From: Burkholderiales bacterium
GTDB lineage: Bacteria > Pseudomonadota > Gammaproteobacteria > Burkholderiales > JACQAP01
DNA: 64,000 nucleotides
Reading direction: 5' to 3'
Assembly: GCA_046155535.1 (NCBI GenBank)
Contig: JBJXFN010000155.1
Location: 635-64,634 of the forward strand
Shown here: in pieces, positions 53,273 to 60,517 of the stretch
Position numbering within the stretch: position 1 is the stretch's first letter
How the letters are laid out: the number at the start of each line of letters is the position of its first letter
The notes under the pieces: model-generated
What the model saw: the letters and a program-made list of their open reading frames with translations, nothing else
Told to the model about the DNA's origin: nothing
The model's database searches: none
Made by a program: the position numbers and the translations under genes

Positions 53273-53324
53273 GTCTCCGTTTGGAGACAATGCTGTTATC
53301 CTACCGTCTCCGTTTGGAGACAAT
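53273..53324. promoter_or_regulatory. two identical 19-nt copies of a palindromic site GTCTCCGTTTGGAGACAAT, 33 bp apart
   Basis: Copy 1 is at 53273-53291 and copy 2 at 53306-53324. Each contains the inverted repeat GTCTCC-GTTT-GGAGAC (extended to TTGTCTCC/GGAGACAA in copy 1). They lie about 205-255 bp upstream of the island operon. Confidence 0.4.
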
Positions 53325-53529
53325 TGGTAAGGGCCAAATAAGAGCCAACAAGCAGTCATAAGCAGTCAAGAAAGCTAAAAAAAGGATTTCGCTGAAGCTC
53401 AGTAATTGTTTGACGACGTGGGGGCATTGCGAGCATCGCTCATAAAGTTGGTGCTGGAACGACAAAAATTCTCGCGGGCACTGCACATGATGCGTGTTTG
53501 GTAGTGGTTTTAGAAATGGGAGGAAGGCG

Positions 53530-53931
53530 ATGAGCGAATCAAGGGCACTCTATCGTGCTTCTCGCAAGGAAGTCGCGAGCAGAAGGTCGGTGAACGCAAC
53601 ATTACTTCGCGCACATTTACCTGATCGTTCGTCTGATGGCACGCACAACGTGCCGTTCCTCACATTCTTCGAAGATGCACGCAGACCTGCAGTTATGCAT
53701 GCAGCCCATGTACCGCGTTTTTCTCTCTCCACGACAACATTGGCCGTGAACGATAACGAGGGGGCATCGCTTGGCCCGATTAGGGTGTTACGGCAGCTCA
53801 ACGGAGAAAAGTCGACATCCTCATTGCAAAGCAACCGCTGGGGCGCGACCAAAAAAGCAGGATTAAAAAAGTTTGGCGGGAAATTTGGACACAAACGTAT
53901 TGAACCAATTTCAGGGGTGCAGCAGCGATGA
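53530..53931 (+). CDS. hypothetical protein, first ORF of the island operon
   Basis: The ATG at 53530 is preceded by GGGAGGAAGG, and the stop overlaps the start of the giant gene (ATGA at 53928-53931). 133 aa, basic, with no motif I recognise. It appears less GC-rich than the downstream genes. Confidence 0.4.
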   Translation: MSESRALYRASRKEVASRRSVNATLLRAHLPDRSSDGTHNVPFLTFFEDARRPAVMHAAHVPRFSLSTTTLAVNDNEGASLGPIRVLRQLNGEKSTSSLQSNRWGATKKAGLKKFGGKFGHKRIEPISGVQQR

Positions 53932-56900
53932 TCGACTCACATGATTTCTATCGTTCTAAACCGGACCATCAGCCGCACCAAATGGCAGACAGGGTTACTG
54001 CAGCGAGCGACTCGGGGTTGAAGGCGCGCAGAAATTTGCCTGTGCTGAACTCGACCACCCGGCTGTTGAGCGTTGTGTTGGCAGGCATCGTTGCCTCCGG
54101 GTGCGGTGGTGGCAACGAGCCTGACCCATCCCAGGCCGCCGATGCGCAGCACGTGGGCGCGATCTCGGCGCTGGCGATCGCCGCGCCGTCGCAATCGGTC
54201 TGGTCGCCGCGCTACACGCTGCCGCTGGTGCCCACCACCGCGGCCAACCTGCCCGACGGCAAAGTGCTGGTCTGGTCGGCGGAGGAGCGCTTTTCCTTCG
54301 GCGCCAATGTCGGCCGCACCTACACCGCCACCTTCGACCCGGCCACCGGCACGAGCACTGAACGCACCGTCACCGAGAGCGGGCACAACATGTTCTGCCC
54401 GGGCACCACCAACCTCGCCGACGGCCGCCTGCTCGTCAACGGCGGCATCAGCAGCGCACGCACCAGTATCTTCGATCCCGCCGCCGGTACCTGGACCAGC
54501 GCGGCCAACATGAACATCGCACGCGGCTACAACGCCAACACAATCCTGGCCGACGGCTCGGTGTTCACGCTCGGCGGCTCATGGAGCGGTGGTGTCGGCA
54601 ACAAGCACGGCGAAATCTGGACCGAAGCCGGTGGCTGGCGCCGCATGAGCGGCATCCCGATCGACTCGATGCTATCCGTGGACACGAGCCGCAATTTCGG
54701 CGGCGACAGCCACTTCTGGTTGATCCCCACCGGCCATGGCCGCGTGCTGCACGCCGGCCCCGGTGTCAAAATGCACCTGATTGACACGCGCGGCAACGGC
54801 GCCGTGCAGCCGATGGGACTGCGCGGCGACGATCAGTTCAGCGTGAGCGGCACCGCAGTGATGTACGACATCGGCAAGGTGCTCAAGATCGGCGGAACGC
54901 CCGGCTACGAGGGATTCGACGCCAACGCCAACGCCTACGTCATCGACATGGGTGCCGGCGGCGTTGCGGTGCGCAAGCTCGCGCCGATGAACTACGCGCG
55001 CGTGTTCCACAACACCGTGGTGCTGCCCAACGGCCAGGTCGTGATCATCGGTGGCCAGACGCGTGCCAACGCCTTCACCGACAACCGCTCGGTGCTGGCC
55101 GCCGAGCTGTTCGATCCGGTCACGGAAACCTTCACCGTGCTGCCGGCGATGACAGTGCCCCGTAACTACCACAGCTCGGCACTGCTGCTGCCCGACGCGC
55201 GTGTGATGTCCACCGGTGGCGGGTTGTGCGGGGCAGGCTGCGCCGCGAACCACCCGGACGTCGAGATTCTGTCGCCGCATTACCTCTTTAACCCCGATGG
55301 CACACCGGCCACGCGCCCGGCACTCACCGCCGCGCCGACGCAGGCTGCGCACGGCACGTCGATGACAGTGGCGACCAATTCGCCGGTCACCGCGTTCTCG
55401 CTCGTGCGCATGAGCTCGACGACGCACACCGTCAACAACGACCAGCGCCGCATTCCGTTGGTGTTCAGCACCACCGGCCCCAATACCTACTCGGTGCAGG
55501 TGCCGAGCAACACCGGCGTTGCCCTGCCCGGCCTGTACATGCTGTTCGCGATGAATGGCGACGGCGTACCCTCGGTCGCGCGCATCGTTCGCATCGGCTC
55601 GACCAACACGCCGAAGCTGGTGTGGCCGGGCGACCAGAACACGACTGTCGGCGGCGCCGTCGCGCTGACGCTGGCCGCACCCGGCGCAGCGAGTTTCAAC
55701 GCCAGCGACCTTCCGCCGGGCTTGAGCTTGAACACCGCCACCGGCGAGATCAGCGGCACGACCACGGGCGAGGGGCTGTACGACGTCACCGTCTCGGCGA
55801 GCAACGCCAGCGGCACCGTCAGCACGCAAATGCTGTGGCGCGTGACACAACCGGGCAACCCGCGCTTCGTACGGCTCGAGTCGCTGTCCGAGGTCAACGG
55901 CCAGCCCTGGGCGTCGATGGCCGAGTTCAACCTGCTCGACGACAACGACAACACGCTACCGCGCACGGGTTGGGTGGCCAGCGCCGACAGTGCCGAGTTG
56001 GTCGGCCAGAACGGCGCCGCGGTCAATGCGCTCGACGGCAACGTCGCGACGATCTGGCACACGCAGTGGCAGGCCGCGAGCCCACCGCATCCGCACTGGT
56101 TCAGCGTCGACATGGGAGGAACCGCGCGCCTGGGCGGCTTCCGCTACACGCCGCGCACCGACTCGCCCAACGGCGCGATCGCGCTGTTCCGTTTCTACGT
56201 CTCTACCGACGGCATCAACTGGGGCTCGCCGGTGGCCACCGGCGACTTCCGCACGATGGGCGCCACCGCCGCCGAGAAAACCGTGCGATTCTCGCTCGCG
56301 CTGCCCAACCGCGCGCCGTCGATCGCCACGCCAGTCGCGCAGTCGAGCACGCAGGGCCAGGCCCTCACCCTTGCGCTGCAGGCCAGCGACCCGGACGGCG
56401 ACGCGCTGAACTGGAGCGCCAACGGCCTTCCGCCGGGCCTTTCGTTGGGCATCGGCAACGGCATGGTCAGCGGCACGCCGACGACCAGCGGTAACTTCAA
56501 CGTCAGCGTCACGGTGCAGGACAGCCGAGGCGCCAGCGCCAGCACGAACTTCGTCTGGACCGTGCTCGCTGCACCGACCGTCATCAACCCGGTACCGGTG
56601 GCACCTGCCACGACCGGCAGCGACGTGACATTTACGGCGAGTGCCACAGGCAGCCTGCTCGAGTACGCTTGGGATTTCGGTGACGGCACGCAGGTCACGC
56701 CGTACTCGTCGTCGCCGACGGCTTCACATCGCTACGTCGACCCGGGCCTGTACAACGTAACGCTGAATGTACGCGCCAGCGACGGCCGCATCACGAGCAT
56801 GGTGTTCGCCCAGGCGATCACCAGCGGGGTGACCGCCATGCAGCCAGTCGCCTCATCCAACATCGTTCTTGAGCCGCGCAGCGGCTCCAACGCGCAGCTG

Positions 56901-59147
56901 TGGGTCGCCAACCCGGACAACGACACGGTCAGCGTCTTCGACGCGGTAACCAACGCCAAGCTGGCGGAGATCGCCGTCGGCGTCGGGCCGCGCACGCTGG
57001 CGGTCGGCGCCGCCAGAGTCTGGGTGGCCAACCGCGACGGTGCGAGCCTGAGCGTCATCGACACAACGTCGCTCGCGGTAACGCAGACGATCGCGCTGCC
57101 CCGTGCATCGATGCCCTACGGCATTGCGTTCTCGCCGGCCGACGGCTCGGCCTGGGTCGCTCTCGAAGCTACCGGCCAACTGCTGCGACTGAGCGCGGCT
57201 GGCGCCGTCACCGGCACGGTTGCAGTCGGCCCGAACCCGCGGCAGGTGTCGATCAGCGGCGACGGCGCGCGCGTGCTTGTCTCGCGCTTTGTCACGCCGC
57301 CGCTGCCGGGTGAAGCCACGGCGGCAGTGCTGACCGCGGGTCGCGGCGGCGAGGTGGTGGTGGTCGACGCGGTCACGCTCGCGCCACTGACCACGACAAT
57401 GCTGGCGCACAGCAACAAGCCCGACAATACGATCCAGGGCCGCGGCGTGCCGAACTACCTCGGCGCGGCGGTGATCTCGCCCGACGGCGCATCGGCCTGG
57501 GTACCGTCGAAACAGGACAACGTGCTGCGCGGCACGCTGCGCGACGGGCAGAACCTCGACTTCCAGAACACGGTGCGCGCGATCAGCTCGCGCATCAACC
57601 TGGCGACGCTGACCGAAGACCAGCCCGCGCGCATCGACCACGACAACGCCAGCGTCGCCAGCGCAGCGGTCTTCCACCCGAGCGGCGCCTACCTGTTCGT
57701 CGCTCTGGAGACGAGCCGCCAGGTGGCGGTGGTCGACGCTTACGGGCGGCGCGAGGTGATGCGCTTCGATGCCGGTCGCGCCCCACAAGGCGTCGCAGTG
57801 TCGGCCGACGGCCTGCGCCTCTACGTCAGCAACTTCATGGACCGCAGTGTCACGGTGCACGACTTGTCTCGCCTGGTGCAGTTCGGTGAGTTCAACGTGC
57901 CGCTTGTGACAACGCTTGGCTCAGTGGCTAACGAGCGTCTCACGGCGCAGGTGCTGTTGGGCAAGCGCCAGTTCTACGACGCACGCGACCCGCGCCTTGC
58001 GCGCGACAGCTACATGAGCTGCGCCTCCTGCCACCGCGACGGCGGCAGTGACGGCCGGGTCTGGGACCTCACCGGCTTGGGCGAAGGCCTGCGCAACACG
58101 ATCGAGTTGCGCGGTCGCGCCGCGATGGGCCACGGCCCCCTGCATTGGAGCGGCAACTTCGACGAGTTGCAGGACTTCGAGGGCCAGATCCGCGCACTGG
58201 CGCAGGGCACCGGCCTGATGACGGATGCGCAATTCAACACCGGCACACGCAATCAGCCGCTCGGCGACCGCAAGGCGGGTGTCAGCGCTGACCTCGACGC
58301 GCTGGCGGCGTATGTGGCATCGCTGTCAAGCTTCGCGCCGAGCCCGTTGCGCAATCCTGACGGCACGCTGACGACCGGCGCGGCGGCAGGCCGAACGGTC
58401 TTCGCTGCGCAATGCGCCTCCTGCCACTCGGGCAGCACGTTCACCAACAGCACGCTCGGCGCGCTACCGAACATCGGTACGCTCAAGGCCTCGTCGGGCA
58501 TGCGCCTGGGTGGCACGCTCGCCGGCATCGACCCGCCGACGCTGCGGGACGCCTGGCAGACCGCGCCCTATCTGCACGATGGCTCGGCCGCAACGATTAG
58601 CGCTGCGATCGCTGCGCACAATAACGTCGCTCTCAGTGCGACGCAGCTGGCGCAGGTTGCGGAGTTTGTCATGCAGATCGGCAGCGAGGAACCTGCGGTG
58701 GCCTCAACAGCCAGCGGCGGGCTGGCCGGCAGCTACTTCAACAACCTCACGCTAGCCGGCACGCCAGCAATGGCTCGCATCGAGGTCGTGGACTTCGGCT
58801 GGGGCTCGGGCTCGCCCGGTATCGGCGTCGGCACCAACAACTTCTCGGCGCGCTGGACCGGCGGCGTGATGGCCACTACCACCGGCGCCTACCGCTTCCG
58901 CACCATCAGCGACGACGGCGTGCGCCTGTGGGTCAACGGCGTGCAGGTCATCAACAACTGGACCGACCACGGGGCCACGACCAACACGTCGGGCACGGTC
59001 AACCTCGTCGCCGGCCAGCGCTACGACATCCGGCTCGAGTACTACGAACGCAGTGGCAAGGCCGTTATGCGGCTGCTCTGGCAAGCGCCGGCCAGCGCCA
59101 CCTATGTCACGATTCCCGGTACCGCTCTGTTCCCGGCGCCACCATGA
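53928..59147 (+). CDS. 1739-aa multidomain lipoprotein: galactose-oxidase-type Cu-radical oxidase + Ig-like/F5-8C/PKD modules + YVTN beta-propeller + di-haem cytochrome c peroxidase domain + PA14
   Basis: Uninterrupted ORF with a lipobox VASGC (Cys59). The alternative start M19 is at 53982. It carries galactose oxidase cofactor and ligand motifs (NMFCPG, ARGY, HFWL, NYHS, STTHTVNNDQRRIPL), two CASCH haem motifs (58020 and about 58413), TAPYLHDGS, and a PA14-like C-terminus (FSARWTG...YRFRT.SDDGVRLWVNG...). Domain map is in the findings. Confidence 0.9.
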   Translation: MIDSHDFYRSKPDHQPHQMADRVTAASDSGLKARRNLPVLNSTTRLLSVVLAGIVASGCGGGNEPDPSQAADAQHVGAISALAIAAPSQSVWSPRYTLPLVPTTAANLPDGKVLVWSAEERFSFGANVGRTYTATFDPATGTSTERTVTESGHNMFCPGTTNLADGRLLVNGGISSARTSIFDPAAGTWTSAANMNIARGYNANTILADGSVFTLGGSWSGGVGNKHGEIWTEAGGWRRMSGIPIDSMLSVDTSRNFGGDSHFWLIPTGHGRVLHAGPGVKMHLIDTRGNGAVQPMGLRGDDQFSVSGTAVMYDIGKVLKIGGTPGYEGFDANANAYVIDMGAGGVAVRKLAPMNYARVFHNTVVLPNGQVVIIGGQTRANAFTDNRSVLAAELFDPVTETFTVLPAMTVPRNYHSSALLLPDARVMSTGGGLCGAGCAANHPDVEILSPHYLFNPDGTPATRPALTAAPTQAAHGTSMTVATNSPVTAFSLVRMSSTTHTVNNDQRRIPLVFSTTGPNTYSVQVPSNTGVALPGLYMLFAMNGDGVPSVARIVRIGSTNTPKLVWPGDQNTTVGGAVALTLAAPGAASFNASDLPPGLSLNTATGEISGTTTGEGLYDVTVSASNASGTVSTQMLWRVTQPGNPRFVRLESLSEVNGQPWASMAEFNLLDDNDNTLPRTGWVASADSAELVGQNGAAVNALDGNVATIWHTQWQAASPPHPHWFSVDMGGTARLGGFRYTPRTDSPNGAIALFRFYVSTDGINWGSPVATGDFRTMGATAAEKTVRFSLALPNRAPSIATPVAQSSTQGQALTLALQASDPDGDALNWSANGLPPGLSLGIGNGMVSGTPTTSGNFNVSVTVQDSRGASASTNFVWTVLAAPTVINPVPVAPATTGSDVTFTASATGSLLEYAWDFGDGTQVTPYSSSPTASHRYVDPGLYNVTLNVRASDGRITSMVFAQAITSGVTAMQPVASSNIVLEPRSGSNAQLWVANPDNDTVSVFDAVTNAKLAEIAVGVGPRTLAVGAARVWVANRDGASLSVIDTTSLAVTQTIALPRASMPYGIAFSPADGSAWVALEATGQLLRLSAAGAVTGTVAVGPNPRQVSISGDGARVLVSRFVTPPLPGEATAAVLTAGRGGEVVVVDAVTLAPLTTTMLAHSNKPDNTIQGRGVPNYLGAAVISPDGASAWVPSKQDNVLRGTLRDGQNLDFQNTVRAISSRINLATLTEDQPARIDHDNASVASAAVFHPSGAYLFVALETSRQVAVVDAYGRREVMRFDAGRAPQGVAVSADGLRLYVSNFMDRSVTVHDLSRLVQFGEFNVPLVTTLGSVANERLTAQVLLGKRQFYDARDPRLARDSYMSCASCHRDGGSDGRVWDLTGLGEGLRNTIELRGRAAMGHGPLHWSGNFDELQDFEGQIRALAQGTGLMTDAQFNTGTRNQPLGDRKAGVSADLDALAAYVASLSSFAPSPLRNPDGTLTTGAAAGRTVFAAQCASCHSGSTFTNSTLGALPNIGTLKASSGMRLGGTLAGIDPPTLRDAWQTAPYLHDGSAATISAAIAAHNNVALSATQLAQVAEFVMQIGSEEPAVASTASGGLAGSYFNNLTLAGTPAMARIEVVDFGWGSGSPGIGVGTNNFSARWTGGVMATTTGAYRFRTISDDGVRLWVNGVQVINNWTDHGATTNTSGTVNLVAGQRYDIRLEYYERSGKAVMRLLWQAPASATYVTIPGTALFPAPP

Positions 59148-59566
59148 GCAGGCGCGGTTGCGTGCTGGCGCTGGTGGCCGTCGCTGCAGGCGCAGCCGAC
59201 GCAGCCAGCCCGCCCAGTGCGGAGCGTGGCCGCCGGCTGTTCGTCGGCGAGGCAACGCTATCCGCGCGCATCGTCGGTCAGGACTTCGTGTTGCCGGCGC
59301 AGGCCAACCGCTGCATCAACTGCCACGGGCCGGCGGCGGCAACGGCCGGCGCATCGGCAACGGCAGCGCCGCCACTTTCGGCAACGACGCTGGCGCAACC
59401 ACGGCGGCGCCGCGGCGGACCGCCGTCGCGTTACGACACGGCCACGCTGTGCACGCTGCTGCGAAGTGGCGTCGATCCGGCCCATGTGATGATCGACCGC
59501 ACCATGCCGCGCTATGAAATCACCGATGATGAGTGCCGTTCGTTGTGGCTGCATCTGAACCGATGA
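59144..59566 (+). CDS. periplasmic monohaem c-type cytochrome-like protein
   Basis: The ATG at 59144 overlaps the giant gene's stop (ATGA). It has a signal peptide (MSRRGCVLALVAVAAGAADA) and a single CxxCH (CINCH). Confidence 0.65.
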   Translation: MSRRGCVLALVAVAAGAADAASPPSAERGRRLFVGEATLSARIVGQDFVLPAQANRCINCHGPAAATAGASATAAPPLSATTLAQPRRRRGGPPSRYDTATLCTLLRSGVDPAHVMIDRTMPRYEITDDECRSLWLHLNR

Positions 59567-60141
59567 ACACACGACGCAGATTGCTCACCCTGCTCGCGTC
59601 CCTATTTACGCCGCACGCAATGGCGCAGACCGCGGCCACGCCATCGCACGAGCCGTTTGGCCCCGTGCGACCGCCGCTGCCCGCGCCGAAGCTGACGCTA
59701 ACCGGCGAGGACGACCGACGCTTCGAACTCGGCGCTCGCCTGCGCGGCCGCATCAGCGCTGTGCAGTTGATGTTCACCGGCTGCAGCGCCACCTGTCCGA
59801 TCCAAGGTGCGCTGTTCGGCGCGCTGGCGCCGTTGGTAGCAGACCATGCAGAGTGGCAGCTGCTCTCGCTGAGCATCGATCCGCTCGGCGACAGCCCGCG
59901 GGCACTGCGTACCTGGCGCGCGCGCTTCGCAACGAATGCCAACTGGCTTGCCGCAGTACCGCGTGTCGAGGAGGTTGATCGGCTGCTCGACTTTCTGCGA
60001 GGCCGCGCCCAGGGCGCGGACCGGCACACCGCGCAGATCTACCTGTTCGACCGTCAGGCACGACTCGCCTACCGCACTGCGGACATGCCGCCGGCGCGTT
60101 TCGTTGCCGATCTGATGAACGAACTTTCGCAGCTGCGCTGA
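59563..60141 (+). CDS. SCO1/SenC-family copper chaperone / thiol-disulfide protein
   Basis: The ATG at 59563 overlaps the upstream stop (ATGA). It has a twin-Arg-containing N-terminus (MNTRRRLLTLLASLF), the thioredoxin-fold motif FTGCSATCP (CxxxC) and a distal His (DRHTAQIYLFD). Confidence 0.85.
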   Translation: MNTRRRLLTLLASLFTPHAMAQTAATPSHEPFGPVRPPLPAPKLTLTGEDDRRFELGARLRGRISAVQLMFTGCSATCPIQGALFGALAPLVADHAEWQLLSLSIDPLGDSPRALRTWRARFATNANWLAAVPRVEEVDRLLDFLRGRAQGADRHTAQIYLFDRQARLAYRTADMPPARFVADLMNELSQLR

Positions 60142-60362
60142 CTCAGGCAGAAGAAGGCACCGCGATAGATGTCGAGCTCGACACCGTCGGCGGCATCCTC
60201 GGGCACTCACAACCCCGCGCACGCAGTGGTACGCCACCTGCACACCGCGACCCTGCAAAAAGCCGTGCGGAAGACCCGGTGACACGAGGCACACGCAAGC
60301 GACTGACTACACGCACATGACACCGGACGTCAGCGCGTCGAAATGATGAGTCATTGATTTAG

Positions 60363-60439
60363 TGGTGGGCCTGGTTGGGATCGAACCAACGACCAAAGGA
60401 TTATGAGTCCTCTGCTCTAACCGGCTGAGCTACAGGCCC
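60363..60439 (-). tRNA. tRNA with CAU anticodon, most likely tRNA-Ile2 (lysidine-modified)
   Basis: The reverse complement GGGCCTGTAGCTCAGCCGGTTAGAGCAGAGGACTCATAATCCTTTGGTCGTTGGTTCGATCCCAACCAGGCCCACCA folds by hand into a cloverleaf: 7-bp acceptor, GCTC/GAGC D stem, GAGGA/TCCTT anticodon stem, CTCATAA loop, GTTGG/CCAAC T stem, encoded CCA. It has C4-G69 and C5-G68, and its variable/T region resembles E. coli ileX more than elongator tRNA-Met. Confidence 0.85.
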
Positions 60440-60460
60440 GTTTCAAAACCGTTGCAGCAC

Positions 60461-60496
60461 AAAAAATGGCCGGGTCTCTACCCGGCCATTTTATTT
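60461..60496 (-). terminator. intrinsic terminator after rpoD (bidirectional-looking)
   Basis: 11-bp stem AATGGCCGGGT (60465-60475) / ACCCGGCCATT (60480-60490) with loop CTCT. It is flanked by an A run (T6 on the minus strand) and TTTATTT on the plus strand, and lies 28 nt downstream of the rpoD stop. Confidence 0.7.
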
Positions 60497-60517
60497 CCTC
60501 TCACTGGCAATTGCCGA

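Larger units (their letters stand above)
52727..60362. mobile_element. tRNA-associated genomic island remnant (no intact integrase)
   Basis: It is bounded by the tRNA-Ile(CAU) 3' end and its decayed direct repeat. There is an abrupt composition change: hand-counted 60-nt lines give 45/60 GC at 54181 and 44/60 at 57001, against 29/60 at 47161 and 38/60 at 61021. An AT-rich left arm gives 16/60 at 53161. Short integrase-like remnants lie at both ends (see findings). Confidence 0.5.

Noticed and set aside
53937-59255. Numerous 60-400-aa ORFs on both strands inside the giant gene (for example 54672..55850 minus, 56853..57860 minus, 55622..56494 plus)
   Set aside because: All overlap the 1739-aa ORF, which has motif-level similarity to known domains along its whole length. 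At roughly 70-75% GC, long stop-free shadow frames are expected, and their translations are R/A/G/H-rich without motifs.
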